64,000 bases of DNA from NCBI GenBank assembly GCA_030867685.1, contig JAQOWU010000007.1:2170001-2234000 (forward strand), in the 5' to 3' direction. A program made the translations under genes and the position numbers. Shown in pieces: positions 1-10,782 of the stretch. The stretch's first letter is position 1, and every line of letters begins with the position of its first letter. The stretch comes from Wickerhamiella versatilis (lineage: Eukaryota). The notes under the pieces were generated by a model that did no database searches, was not told where the DNA came from, and saw only the letters and a list, made by a program, of their open reading frames with translations.

Positions 1-1
1 T

Positions 2-946
2 TGTAAGGTAGCGGGTTGTGGGTCATCATTCGTATATGTGGAGAACGCGATTGTGATAAGTCCCGAAAAGATGTATTTTGTAGGCGATGTGCCAGAATTT
101 ACAATTTTGGGGCTGGGAGGTCCCAATACTATACCTAATCCCATTGTTCATTTACCAGACAAGCAATCTTATAAAAATAAAATTGATGCTTGCATGAACA
201 GCCTGCGTGCAGGTGATTCGTACGAGCTTTGCTTGACGACTAAGGCGACAGTTGAGTGTGAAGTTGACAGCTGGACACTTTTTCGTAACCTTATCTTAAA
301 GAATCCAGCTCCATACTGTACTTATATGGATTTTCCTAAGATGAAATTGATTGGGAGCTCGCCGGAAAGATTTATGTCTTGGAAGAATGGCCGTTGCCAG
401 TTCCGGCCTATAAAAGGTACCGTGAAGAAAAAAGCAGGGTTGACACGTAAAGATGCTGAATCAATTCTTCGAAGTGAGAAAGAGCAGGCTGAGAATTTGA
501 TGATTGTAGATTTAATCCGTCATGATCTGGGCGAGCTTGCTGAAAATGTGGAATGTCCAGAACTCATGGCGGTAGAGGAATACGAAAGTGTGTTCCAGCT
601 TGTTAGTGTTATTGAGGGCAACTTGTCTGATGGTTATAGTGGTTGGGATACTTTGCATTACTCGGTGCCACCTGGATCGATGACCGGTGCGCCTAAAGTT
701 CGCTCTGTGGAGATTTTGAGAGATCTTGAGGATCATGTACCGAGAGAACTCTATTCAGGAGTTAGTGGATATTGGTCTATAGATGATTCTGGGGATTGGA
801 GCGTTAACATTCGATGTCTCTATTCTACAAAACCAGACACTTGGAATATAGGAGCTGGTGGAGCTATCACGGTATTGAGTACAGCTGAGGACGAGTATCA
901 AGAAATGAGGACAAAGCTAGATGCCACATTAAGAGTTTTTGACTAG
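2..946 (+). CDS. ABZ1: Aminodeoxychorismate (para-aminobenzoate) synthase, C-terminal chorismate-binding domain; 5'-partial
   Basis: Frame is open to the window edge. Motifs GDSYELCLT, NPAPY, SSPERF, RPIKGT, EKEQAENLMIVDLIRHDL, PPGSMTGAPK, GAGGAIT. Confidence 0.93.
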   Translation, partial: CKVAGCGSSFVYVENAIVISPEKMYFVGDVPEFTILGLGGPNTIPNPIVHLPDKQSYKNKIDACMNSLRAGDSYELCLTTKATVECEVDSWTLFRNLILKNPAPYCTYMDFPKMKLIGSSPERFMSWKNGRCQFRPIKGTVKKKAGLTRKDAESILRSEKEQAENLMIVDLIRHDLGELAENVECPELMAVEEYESVFQLVSVIEGNLSDGYSGWDTLHYSVPPGSMTGAPKVRSVEILRDLEDHVPRELYSGVSGYWSIDDSGDWSVNIRCLYSTKPDTWNIGAGGAITVLSTAEDEYQEMRTKLDATLRVFD

Positions 947-995
947 GAAACAAGAGCTTTAATAGATAATGATTATTTCGGTTCAACTTTACGTA

Positions 996-2714
996 ATGCG
1001 TCGGCCGCCTGGCTGGCCAGCGTTAAGCACCACCTTGAAGCGAAGTGCAAGAGCGGACCTAGATTTTTTGTTTTTGAAGCACGAGCCTAATGTGAGACAT
1101 AATATCTATGGAGTACACGATGTTTCAAAGACTCCTAGAGGTGGTGGTAATACGCGAGCTTTGAAGGATCTAGCTTGGCATGTAAATACGCATGATTTTT
1201 CGGGTGCAGAAAATATATTCTCCTTCAACCCGGGGCTTCAATATCGGTCTGCGGCTTTGAAACTAATGATTAGGAGCTTTTGTCTTCAGAGAGATTTTAC
1301 TACAGCCAAGGCTTTTCTTTTTCATATGCATGACCGTGTTGGCACTGAAGGTGCAATACGCTTCGTCGCTCATTGTATTTTCACCTCGGCAAATCCTGAT
1401 GATATCTGTGAGGTTATCCATCGGTTTGGTAAAGAAGACCCGGTCTTGGTTGGAATAAGCCTCATAGGCTTGGGTATTCTTGAACGAGTTGCTGAACGAG
1501 ACACCCTGCGTAAAGGACTTCCGTCAAGAATGAAGTCGCATCCAGCGGTCATGCAGGCGACGACATTTGAGCTGTACCAGGCCGAAGAATGGGCACGTGC
1601 TTTAGAGCATGGACGTACGGTCTTTGCGCGGGCTAATGAGCGCAATTCCTGCCATCACAAATTTCATCTTCGTGCAAGGGTTCCCTATACCATAGCACTG
1701 TGGTTTTTTGCGCGCACTGGCCACTTTAAGGGTGCACAAAAAATAATTGATCACATGCACATATTAGGAATACCCCCTAAGGAAGACACTACGTTGACTT
1801 TTTTGCAGAATATGAAAAGTTACTGGCAGGGAAATGAAGTTGAATTACTGACGTTCTGTGAGAAAGAATTGCGTCTGCCAATAAGTGCGGATGCAGTCGA
1901 GCTAATGCTACAGAGTTTTGTCCGACAATGTCCGGTGGAAATGCAATTAAAAATGCCATTTAAATCTATTCGTTACTCTCTTTTGAGCCAGCCATCCAAT
2001 AATTCTGATTTTCGTATGATTTGTCGGGCGAAAGAGGGTGTGGCAAAGCTGAGTGTCTTAGAAAGTATGTATAGGAGGGGAATATATCCCCCTTATGCGT
2101 ACTTTGTGACTGCATTCGAAACCCTGGCACGTGAGCATGATATTGCAAATCTTAAAAAGTTGGTTAGTTTGATGAAATCCTCTAATCTGCCCTTGCACTG
2201 TGCTGGTATAGACTTGGCTGTGGCTGAACATGCATGCTCCTCAGTCTCCTCGGAAGAAGAGCGCAAAGTTATGGGACAGCAACTTGTTGAAGACTTTCTT
2301 TTGCAATATCCATCACCACAGCTTGATTTGAAAATGCTCACAAAGGTCGCAAAGTTTCAATTTTCGCTCGGCGATGCAACGGGAGCTGCAACATCCCTGG
2401 ATTTTCTCAGAAGTCAATCGAGAAATCAACGTTATGATGCAGATAATCATGACACTATAAGTCTACAATTATTGACCCGGATTCGTTTCTCATTGCATGA
2501 ACCTATAGTTCCATTAATACGAGACGTAATTCAAGATCATGCGAATATTTGGCTTGACAGAGATCTACGTCGGCTGGTCCGGCGGTGTCTTAAGTCTCGC
2601 GGCGAGCCTTTGATCGTCTGCGATGAAATGAAAAATCATAACTACTCAGTAGAGCAATCTCTACTCAGAAGACTGGAAGAATTAAAGCACTTCCCTGTAC
2701 ATAATTCTGCTTAA
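996..2714 (+). CDS. Pentatricopeptide-repeat (PPR)-like protein, probably a mitochondrial RNA-binding factor
   Basis: PPR-like helices (YTIALWFFARTGHFKGAQKIIDHMHILGIPP; LESMYRRGIYPP; FVTAFETLAREHDIANLKKLVSLMK). Basic N-terminus from ATG 996; alternative ATG at 969. Confidence 0.6.
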   Translation: MRRPPGWPALSTTLKRSARADLDFLFLKHEPNVRHNIYGVHDVSKTPRGGGNTRALKDLAWHVNTHDFSGAENIFSFNPGLQYRSAALKLMIRSFCLQRDFTTAKAFLFHMHDRVGTEGAIRFVAHCIFTSANPDDICEVIHRFGKEDPVLVGISLIGLGILERVAERDTLRKGLPSRMKSHPAVMQATTFELYQAEEWARALEHGRTVFARANERNSCHHKFHLRARVPYTIALWFFARTGHFKGAQKIIDHMHILGIPPKEDTTLTFLQNMKSYWQGNEVELLTFCEKELRLPISADAVELMLQSFVRQCPVEMQLKMPFKSIRYSLLSQPSNNSDFRMICRAKEGVAKLSVLESMYRRGIYPPYAYFVTAFETLAREHDIANLKKLVSLMKSSNLPLHCAGIDLAVAEHACSSVSSEEERKVMGQQLVEDFLLQYPSPQLDLKMLTKVAKFQFSLGDATGAATSLDFLRSQSRNQRYDADNHDTISLQLLTRIRFSLHEPIVPLIRDVIQDHANIWLDRDLRRLVRRCLKSRGEPLIVCDEMKNHNYSVEQSLLRRLEELKHFPVHNSA

Positions 2715-2869
2715 TTAATTTCCGAGAGAAGCATCGTGAATCATGTTTAAAGACTAACATAACCATTCATAAACTAAAATTGGCCTACTGGTGATTTAGG
2801 ACATGCCCGGGTCCACCAAGTTTGGCCCATGAAAAAAACTGTGCGCGCACAGGACATTTCAGGTAGTAA

Positions 2870-3952
2870 CTAACTCTCAGCAATCACATTTGCAGCGCGA
2901 TTTATAAGGCTTTGTTCGTCTTCGGAAATTTCCCTCTTGGCAAGAGATTCGCGGTATTGGATACGTAGGATCATACACATAACAAATATCCAGTAAAGGT
3001 TGTAGCTGATGACACTTCCATAAGTTGCCGAGTTCTGCCAGCCTAGCAAAGCTCCAAATACCATCCACAAACCATCCGTTTCGGGATTACAGCAATTGAC
3101 ATGCCACACTGAACGCGTAATATCATAACTACCGGGCCCATTTCCAGACTCCGAAACATCTGCCCCCACTTTGGTGATAAATTGGTGCATCTCGAAGAAC
3201 CATACACCACGCGAAAATAGACCTGCTGCTACAAGATACAGGAAACAAGTACTCGTGAGCATAAATATCTTTATAGACACGGTTCCACCGGAACGATACA
3301 TCGCAAAACCAATTGCTGAGCCCAAGGCTAGTGCCGCGATTACTGCCAATGGAAAGCTGCTTCCCGGTGTAGATGCGCCCAAACCCCCCAGGAACATTAC
3401 AGCCTCAAGACCTTCTCGCATTGTGGTAACCATTGGTAGGACTGCCATGCTATATTTTCGCGAAATAAACCTTACGTATCGGGGAATATACGTCAATATA
3501 CTTCCTGAATTGTTCTGCTGCTCTTCTTCCTCAAAATATTCCTCCCCAGAAGTGTCCACTATAGCTTGAGCAAGCTTCAAACGCCACTTATCCTGCATTT
3601 TATTCAGACGAAGCATTGCAAGGCCCATCTTTGTGATTATAATGGCCGCCACAATACTAAAAATTGACTCCCACAACTTCTCTGTCCTATCCCATAGATT
3701 TGTTCCAACCGTATAGAAAAGGATAAGAAATATAGAACCGATGACTATACACACCAGAATGCCCAGAAAGGTGCCTATCCACACCTGTCGCCTCATGGAC
3801 TCGTATATCTTCCGGTGTTCGGGAGAAAGCTTCGACTGGACTCCAAATCCTTGGCTAAGGAAGGTGAGTAAAACACTCACTATGACCGCTGTCTCTAAGG
3901 TCTCCCTGAATACCAAAAAAAAGACTTGCACCGAGAACCAGTCACTCAACAT
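2870..3952 (-). CDS. FTH1: FTR1-family iron permease, probably the vacuolar Fth1 type
   Basis: Two RExxE motifs (RETLE, REGLE), several TM helices, WHVNCCNPE, GWQNSATYGSVISYNLYW, and a C-terminal acidic dileucine-type signal DEQSLI. Confidence 0.8.
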   Translation of the reverse strand: MLSDWFSVQVFFLVFRETLETAVIVSVLLTFLSQGFGVQSKLSPEHRKIYESMRRQVWIGTFLGILVCIVIGSIFLILFYTVGTNLWDRTEKLWESIFSIVAAIIITKMGLAMLRLNKMQDKWRLKLAQAIVDTSGEEYFEEEEQQNNSGSILTYIPRYVRFISRKYSMAVLPMVTTMREGLEAVMFLGGLGASTPGSSFPLAVIAALALGSAIGFAMYRSGGTVSIKIFMLTSTCFLYLVAAGLFSRGVWFFEMHQFITKVGADVSESGNGPGSYDITRSVWHVNCCNPETDGLWMVFGALLGWQNSATYGSVISYNLYWIFVMCMILRIQYRESLAKREISEDEQSLINRAANVIAES

Positions 3953-4305
3953 CGATGGGAAGCACTAGATGACTCAGCAAGATATGTCCTATCTTTTTCA
4001 TCATAAGTAAGGTATATACCCATGTATGCTTAAGCTTGACCTTTGCACCATCTTAAGCAATTAAGACCCAGCACCTTTACGTTTCTCATAAGCCGCTATG
4101 AGGATCAGTATTTAATTCTTACAAGCGTTCGCTGCGACTAAAACCATTTACCCAGCATAATATTCTCCTGAGAAAAATTAAGGGTGAATAATATGATTTA
4201 TTCGCATTTGCAGTCATTCTTGTGGGGTTCCATTTCAATTTACTCACCCGCCTCTGGTTTTCTGATGGCCGACCCGCCTGACAAATAGTCACCCTGCCCA
4301 AGTTG

Positions 4306-5220
4306 ATGGATGATATTCAAGCATGTTTACAAGCGGGTGAATTGGAAAAAGTCATCGAATTAACATCTCAGGAGTTGAAGGCTGCGCCTTCTAGCACAGG
4401 ATTATTGCTCACCCGTTCTACTGCATACTTGAGACTTAAGCAGCCGAAGAAGGCATTGGAGGACGCAGAGGCTGCCGTGGTCGCTGCAGACCCTCGTGAT
4501 AGAGGAGTCGCGCAATTACGCCGCGCAATATCACTGAATGCAATGGGCGAAGGGTTGCGAGCAAAGTCTCTTATCAGGTTTTTCCCGAAAAATTCCAAAG
4601 AGGCTGACTTGTGGGCTGCTAAACTTTCTCTCGTCCCGGGTCAGGCTGATCCGTTGGAGCCAGAGGTTGCTAAGTCGAAAACACAGGTGCCTGTTGCTGG
4701 AGCTCCTCGTAAAGATTGGTTCCAATCGTCTACCCGTGTTACCATCACGTTATATGTAAAGGATATTGACCCTTCGGCCGAGGTCAAAATCACTCAAAGT
4801 GACATCGAATTAAAGTCTTCACGGCTAGATTGGCACTTAAAGCTTGCCGGCACCGTGGACCCCGCCCAGAGTTCGTACACAATAACTCCGTTCAAAGTAG
4901 AGTTTCAACTTCATAAGGAAACAAGCGGATCATGGTCTAGCCTCGAAAAACTTCCTAGCGAGAAAGCAGCCTCGGTAAAAATGCCTTTTGAAAAGTCCTG
5001 GGATAGGATTGATATTGAGAGTGATAGTGATAATGATAATGACGATCCGAATGCATTTTTCAAGAAAATTTACCAGGAGGCGACCCCCGATGTTAAGAGA
5101 GCAATGATGAAAAGCTACGTAGAGTCCAATGGTACGACACTTAGTACAAACTGGGACGAGGTTAAGCGGGGAAAGGTAGAAACTCAACCACCATCAGGCA
5201 TGGAGGCGAAGCGTTGGTAG
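4306..5220 (+). CDS. SGT1: Hsp90 co-chaperone Sgt1 (TPR-CS-SGS)
   Basis: TPR N-terminus, CS domain (KDWFQS...), SGS domain FFKKIY...KRAMMKSYVESNGTTLSTNW. Confidence 0.95.
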   Translation: MDDIQACLQAGELEKVIELTSQELKAAPSSTGLLLTRSTAYLRLKQPKKALEDAEAAVVAADPRDRGVAQLRRAISLNAMGEGLRAKSLIRFFPKNSKEADLWAAKLSLVPGQADPLEPEVAKSKTQVPVAGAPRKDWFQSSTRVTITLYVKDIDPSAEVKITQSDIELKSSRLDWHLKLAGTVDPAQSSYTITPFKVEFQLHKETSGSWSSLEKLPSEKAASVKMPFEKSWDRIDIESDSDNDNDDPNAFFKKIYQEATPDVKRAMMKSYVESNGTTLSTNWDEVKRGKVETQPPSGMEAKRW

Positions 5221-5342
5221 GTAGAAAGAGAGTAGCTAGTAATTAGTATTTTATCTTGCTAAGCCTTTTAATGATTATTTTGTGGGGAAATATGTCTGTT
5301 TCTTTTTGACCTGCAGCATACTTTCTTGTTTTTTTTTCCCGA

Positions 5343-6293
5343 TCAGCTCACCGCTTGTGGTTCGATGCTTGCTCCTGACGCCTCACGATACAAGCGCAAC
5401 TCGCGGTCATAGCCTGCGGTCACTATTCCTATACGGGCACCAGTGATCGCACTTGTAGGTAACCAGGCACCAGCAAAAAGAGGTCCTTCCGCGTCCCTGA
5501 GTGTGCAAACACACTGACGGTCTTCCACTGACCAGATACGCGCTTGCCCATCACCTGCGACAGACAGCAGACGTGAGCCACTCTGGTCAAAGTCCAGGCT
5601 ATAAATAGAGCCCACATGTCCAGGCAGGGTCGCCATGAAGCTACCCCCGTTGACAGCGTATAGGGCGATATTAGTTTCTGCAGCCAATGCAACCGTAGTC
5701 GCAAGAGGACTGAACTTTATAGCACGGAGAGACTCTGCCGGTGCCGGAAATGTGTATGCAATACGACCGGTGTCACAGCTGAAAACCCGGGCCTTACCAG
5801 AATCATACCCTGCGACAACTAATTCCCCGTTAGCACTGATATCAATACACGTACATGGACCAGGTTCTCCGCCAGGGGTAAGTTCCTGCAACAATTTGTC
5901 CTCCCGTAAGTCTACCACATACAGCAAGCCCTTAAGTGTGGCCACAGCCAGAATAGGCTGTTCAGCAGCCAGGGCGCAGGCCCATCCACCTCGCATCTGG
6001 GAGATTGATTTGAGCTCAACTTGTTTTTGCTCCCTCAAATTCCAAAGAAGTGGTACGCCATCAAAACTCATCGCAGCTGCCCACTCTCCCACATTATCTG
6101 TGCACAGATGATGAATACCCGCCTTGACTGGCTCTGTTGTTAGTTCGTGCTTTTCCATTGTTCTATGGTCCCAGCTTAAAACTCTGCCGTCACCGGAAGC
6201 ACTAAGTGTGGCACGAGGTGTAGTCGCAAGCCCAAAAATATCACTTGAGTGGGCATCCGCTACTGTGTTCGTGACGATATATGGGGTGGTCAT
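5343..6293 (-). CDS. SKI8: WD40 protein Ski8/Rec14
   Basis: N-terminus AHSSDIFGL...SASGDG and C-terminus GYDRELRLYREASG match Ski8. WD repeats present. Likely start is ATG 6293, although the ORF extends to 6446. Confidence 0.85.
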   Translation of the reverse strand: MTTPYIVTNTVADAHSSDIFGLATTPRATLSASGDGRVLSWDHRTMEKHELTTEPVKAGIHHLCTDNVGEWAAAMSFDGVPLLWNLREQKQVELKSISQMRGGWACALAAEQPILAVATLKGLLYVVDLREDKLLQELTPGGEPGPCTCIDISANGELVVAGYDSGKARVFSCDTGRIAYTFPAPAESLRAIKFSPLATTVALAAETNIALYAVNGGSFMATLPGHVGSIYSLDFDQSGSRLLSVAGDGQARIWSVEDRQCVCTLRDAEGPLFAGAWLPTSAITGARIGIVTAGYDRELRLYREASGASIEPQAVS

Positions 6294-6625
6294 GACAAAT
6301 CTACACCAGAAGACCAACGCTTTTGCAGTAAGAAGCAGCCGGCTGGCTTCGATAAATTTGGATAGAATAGACATTTGGTAAATTGGGAATTCGAATCGTT
6401 GAAGCCGTGGTATTAGAAGATAGTAGTGCAGGTTGGACCTGCGCATAAAATCCTAGCGCTGAAAAAAAAGCAAGTAAAAGAGCAAATAAAGGTATACCAT
6501 CTGAAACTAACAATACCAGAGCAATTTAAGCATCATTATATACGTGTGCACAAAATTATTATGTCCAGCAGATAAATGGGGTCAAAAAATCGTGAAGCTG
6601 CTGAAAAAATTATATAATCTAATCA

Positions 6626-7819
6626 ATGGCTCATGCAAGGTCTGCGCTCCAGTTTGATGTTGTAGGGAAGTGCTCTAAGAGCAAGGCCCGAGCAGCAGTC
6701 ATGCGTTTGCCTCATGGACCTGTGAACACGCCAGTGTTCATGCCTGTTGGTACACAAGCATCTCTAAAAGGACTGACACCTAAACAGCTTGCAGATATGG
6801 GTTGCGAAATATTCCTGAACAATACATATCACCTGGGCCTTCGACCAGGGCAGGAGGTACTGGATGCTGTTGATGGGGCTCACCGGCTTCAGGGATGGGA
6901 TAGAAATATACTTACCGATTCTGGTGGATTCCAAATGGTTTCCCTTTTAAAACTCGCCACAATCACAGAGGAGGGAGTTGAGTTTCTGAGTCCACATGAT
7001 AATAGTCCTATGCTTCTAACACCAGAGCACTCCATGTCGTTGCAAAATAGTATAGGAAGCGACATCATGATGCAATTAGACGATGTGGTTCATACCCTAA
7101 CCACGGGACCGCGAGTGGAGGAAGCAATGTGGAGAAGCATTAGATGGCTTGATCGTTGTATCAAAGCGCACAAGAAAACAGATACCCAGAATCTCTTCTG
7201 CATTATACAGGGTGGCCTGAATTCAGAGCTCCGTAAAATCTGTTGTCGAGAGATGGTCAAACGCGATACTCCCGGAATTGCTATTGGTGGCCTAAGTGGG
7301 GGTGAGGACAAGATTAGTTATTGTAAAGTCGTATCAACATGCACGGATGTTCTTCCAGAGAATAAACCACGCTATTGTATGGGTGTTGGCTATGCCGAGG
7401 ATCTGGTGGTGAGCGTTGCCCTGGGAGCTGATATGTTTGACTGCGTGTACCCAACACGTACAGCACGCTTTGGAACGGCTATCACTGCTAATGGCGTTTT
7501 TAGTTTAAAGAACGCTTGTTATGCTGGTGATGAGCGACCCATAGAGCCAGGATGTGAATGTCCTGTGTGTTCAACAATGGGTATCAATCGGGCATGGATG
7601 CATCTAGCAATTACAAAAGATACAGTGGCCGCACAGCTTTTGACAATTCATAATGTCTGGTATCAACTTAATCTAATGCGCACCATGCGCAATGCAATCA
7701 TAGAGGACTCTTTTGATACATTCGTCAACAAGTTCTTTGCCGATAAGTATGGAAGCCGTGAAAATTATCCACAGTGGGCTGTTGAAGCTCTATCCTCGGT
7801 CAATATTGACCTGGAATAG
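6626..7819 (+). CDS. QTRT1: Queuine tRNA-ribosyltransferase catalytic subunit (eukaryotic TGT)
   Basis: TPVFMPVGT, NTYHL, LTDSGGFQMVSL, MQLDD, QGG, GGLSGGE, DMFDCVYPTRTAR, and Zn ligands CECPVC...H. Confidence 0.96.
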   Translation: MAHARSALQFDVVGKCSKSKARAAVMRLPHGPVNTPVFMPVGTQASLKGLTPKQLADMGCEIFLNNTYHLGLRPGQEVLDAVDGAHRLQGWDRNILTDSGGFQMVSLLKLATITEEGVEFLSPHDNSPMLLTPEHSMSLQNSIGSDIMMQLDDVVHTLTTGPRVEEAMWRSIRWLDRCIKAHKKTDTQNLFCIIQGGLNSELRKICCREMVKRDTPGIAIGGLSGGEDKISYCKVVSTCTDVLPENKPRYCMGVGYAEDLVVSVALGADMFDCVYPTRTARFGTAITANGVFSLKNACYAGDERPIEPGCECPVCSTMGINRAWMHLAITKDTVAAQLLTIHNVWYQLNLMRTMRNAIIEDSFDTFVNKFFADKYGSRENYPQWAVEALSSVNIDLE

Positions 7820-7898
7820 TGCGTCCTATAGCATCCAACCGAGTAAGGAACATAGAGATTGCTACGTAGTACTTGCTAGCCTGTAAATATTAATGCAC

Positions 7899-9494
7899 CT
7901 AGTTTCGGCGCCTATGGAGTAACCTTTTAGGTCTGTTTGGGAAATGTACACAGCGTACCGGCAATCTGGCCGGCAGAGGCTCACGGTAATATTTTTGTTC
8001 ACTTCCAGCAACGCTAACAACTGCAGTTGTGGCGAAATCATGAGCAAACTTAACAGAAGGGAGGTTTTCTGCAGACGTCCAGGGCGAGAAGTCACCTTTA
8101 GGTAAATTTACCTTAGGCTTGCGTCTTGATGACGTAGTAGAAGGCGCAGACGCCCGAGTGATTGGAGACCGGGGGATAGGCAAGAAAAAATTGGTTTCTT
8201 GCCCACGTTTCGAGTGTTTGCGGATGTCAGAGGACTTTGTTGAGTGCTCTTCTGCCGGGGATTCAGCATTAGAAGCTTCAGCCCGCGGATGTGTAGGAAT
8301 GCTTGATTTTGACGTTTCTTCTTCTTCGGCCTCATGTTTGACTTCAGCTGGTGGTGCACTATGGACCTCGCGTCTGATTTGCTCACGGACTCTCTCCCGT
8401 CGTTCCTGTTCAGCACGTTGCTTCGCAGACACCTCTTCCCTCTCTTTTGCCCGTTGCAGACGAACCTCCTCAACCTGCCTTTGAAGCATTTCTTCTCGCT
8501 CCCTCTGACGCTTCAACTCCTCCTGCAACTCAGCCTCCTTGCGAGCCTTCGCCCGTTCCCGAGCTTGACGCATAACCTCTGCTTGCTCCGCTTTCAGCTC
8601 TTCAGGAGTTTTACCAGGAGCAGGAGCAGCAGCAGCAGCAGCAGCAGCAGGCTCTTGGGTGGTTGCGGATGGAGACTCAACTTCCTCTGGAGGTCCAGGC
8701 GGTGGAATATTCCGAGGTCTTCTCCACGTTGGTGCAGTATCCAGAGGATCCACGCGTTCATAGCGGTCAAAACGCGAATGGCTCACAGTTGCTGAGGGCG
8801 GGGGCATAGGGGGAGGCATAGCTGGACGATTTAGACGGAAACGAGACAATGCATCGCCACCAGGAGGGACGGTTGGTTTGTGCAGACCTGTACCTGCAAG
8901 ACCCGCACGGGGTTGCACTGTGGCAGAGCCATTTTTCTTCGAATTCTGGAGTTCACGAATAGTTTCATGAAGTGGCTTTGGCGTCTCAACCTTCTTAACA
9001 TCGGGCTTTCTGCCCCAGGCGGGAACTTCGGGCTCTGGGGCTGGTCGGGGCTGTGCTGTCTTCGACGGGGCATTTAGAGGCTGCCATTCCTCCTCTTCGT
9101 CTTCCCAGCTTGCACCCTGATGTTCCACAGACCTGGGTGCAAGAGCAATGCCCTTACGAGTGAGCTCCTCCTCACTCATATCCAAAGATCGCTTTTTCTC
9201 TCCACTTGCGCCCTGTGCTTCAATATTTGCAGATGCGTCGTGAACTTCTGGCTGCGGGGTGGAGGAGTCTGGATTCACATGCCAACTTCGATCTCCAGGA
9301 CCCTTTTCTTCCTTCGACGAGGTCGCTGAGAGCTTGTAATGGCCAGTCGCAGTACTCAGGTTCGTAGAGCGCGCTGAAGGCTTCTCAGCGCCTTGGGGCG
9401 TCGAGCCCTGTGGCTTAGAGGATTCTTTCTGTGCAGAACTTAGAAAGAGACTGTTTAGATTGGCTGTCTTGAATTTCTTATGGCCTTCTTCCAT
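7899..9494 (-). CDS. Largely disordered coiled-coil protein of unknown function
   Basis: Long ORF with Pro-rich and charged coiled-coil segments (EQAEVMRQARERAKARKEAE...). Start taken at ATG 9494. Confidence 0.7.
   Translation of the reverse strand: MEEGHKKFKTANLNSLFLSSAQKESSKPQGSTPQGAEKPSARSTNLSTATGHYKLSATSSKEEKGPGDRSWHVNPDSSTPQPEVHDASANIEAQGASGEKKRSLDMSEEELTRKGIALAPRSVEHQGASWEDEEEEWQPLNAPSKTAQPRPAPEPEVPAWGRKPDVKKVETPKPLHETIRELQNSKKNGSATVQPRAGLAGTGLHKPTVPPGGDALSRFRLNRPAMPPPMPPPSATVSHSRFDRYERVDPLDTAPTWRRPRNIPPPGPPEEVESPSATTQEPAAAAAAAAPAPGKTPEELKAEQAEVMRQARERAKARKEAELQEELKRQREREEMLQRQVEEVRLQRAKEREEVSAKQRAEQERRERVREQIRREVHSAPPAEVKHEAEEEETSKSSIPTHPRAEASNAESPAEEHSTKSSDIRKHSKRGQETNFFLPIPRSPITRASAPSTTSSRRKPKVNLPKGDFSPWTSAENLPSVKFAHDFATTAVVSVAGSEQKYYREPLPARLPVRCVHFPNRPKRLLHRRRN
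8626..8649. repeat. (GCA)8 microsatellite encoding poly-Ala on the minus strand
   Basis: Directly visible tandem GCA run. Confidence 0.85.
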
Positions 9495-9768
9495 ACGCAG
9501 GGCCGAGCACCTTTTGTTCGGCTTATGTAACTGGGTGCACACGAGACACGAATATGCGATAAGTCTTCGAGGAATGTGTTACAAACGAACTTGAACGTCT
9601 GGATATGGCCTAGCTGCTTTAAAATTCTATACTTATTAATTTTTTTTACTGGTGTTATTCCGAAACCAGTGAGAAATAACTGCCAACCTGCCAGATTCCA
9701 AAGGCTATATTGCACAATGCATATTGCAACAACAGCTATAACCCAAGGTGGTAAATTAAATAACAAAA

Positions 9769-10782
9769 TCAAGCCTCGACACCTAGAATAGTTATCTCCA
9801 AGGTCCAAACACGTCGGGCATAAACCTTATGTCCATCAACATTAATATTATCCCACCAACATTTCTTGGCCGGTTTCTTCCAGAAAAGAAGGAGCTTTTG
9901 GAGGGCCTGAATTGCATCGATATCATCTTGATGTGGAATCTTTATTTTGCTAAGTTGAAGACTCAAGATCGTTGTCCTGTTCGGCTCTCGAATTCTGAAA
10001 TCCCAGGTATCGTCATGGGATATTCCCGCTAAGCACAGCATCTGCATCAGGTGAAATTCGGGGCTATCGATCTTATCATGGTTTCTTAATCCTTCAAAAA
10101 TCTGAGATTGAGATACTAACGAGTCTCCAACTTTTCTCTTGTAAGGCAGCAAATCCTCATCCGGAGATCTTTGCATGCAGTAGTATTCCAAATCTTCCCG
10201 CAAAACGATAAGCGCGGGCCTTTTTTGAAATATTTCAGGTAGGTCACCTGCACTCAACTCAAACACAGATCCTGCGCTTGATGCTCTTCCATCCTCTTCA
10301 TCTTGCTCCGCAATCTCCTGTTCCTCAGAATCGTAGGTCAGGTCCGCGTTGGCATCCTCAGGAGTCATCAGAGGCTCATTGGCATTTTTCAACGACCTAA
10401 ACTCGCGAAAACTCGATAATGGTGAAACTGGAGGATCAAGGTCCTTAGAGTATTTGACTATAGTACCCAGGGCATACGCGAAACAATCAGGATTGAAGTC
10501 GACGCTTGCAAGAGGCTCTCTCCCATCATCAATTTTATTATCTTGATTTTCTGTGGACCCATCATAACCCTCTTCATCCACATTACTATCACCTGCATCG
10601 TCCAGTCCAAAACCACCAGATAGGCAATACAGTATATTCTCAGGGAGAGACAAAAGATCGTCTCTCTTTACCCGAAATCGTCGCCCACGAATGTCTAGTA
10701 CAAAGGACTCAGGCAGTTCGCCGCCAATTTCTCCAGAATACAGCTCTACCTGCTGAATAGCCCCCTCTTCCTCCGAGGCCAT
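9769..10782 (-). CDS. WHI2: Whi2 growth/stress regulator (BTB-like)
   Basis: LDIRGRRF...LLSLPENIL, IVLREDLEYY, LLLFWKKPAKKCWWD, RRVWTLE. Confidence 0.92.
   Translation of the reverse strand: MASEEEGAIQQVELYSGEIGGELPESFVLDIRGRRFRVKRDDLLSLPENILYCLSGGFGLDDAGDSNVDEEGYDGSTENQDNKIDDGREPLASVDFNPDCFAYALGTIVKYSKDLDPPVSPLSSFREFRSLKNANEPLMTPEDANADLTYDSEEQEIAEQDEEDGRASSAGSVFELSAGDLPEIFQKRPALIVLREDLEYYCMQRSPDEDLLPYKRKVGDSLVSQSQIFEGLRNHDKIDSPEFHLMQMLCLAGISHDDTWDFRIREPNRTTILSLQLSKIKIPHQDDIDAIQALQKLLLFWKKPAKKCWWDNINVDGHKVYARRVWTLEITILGVEA

Noticed and set aside
4040-4055. TGCACC Aft-like sites upstream of FTH1 (and about 60159 upstream of FRE)
   Set aside because: Both lack the full CACCC core and are too short to support on their own.
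6301-6513. 70-aa hydrophobic ORF and N-terminal extension upstream of SKI8
   Set aside because: Non-ATG start in a divergent promoter; Ski8 similarity begins at ATG 6293.
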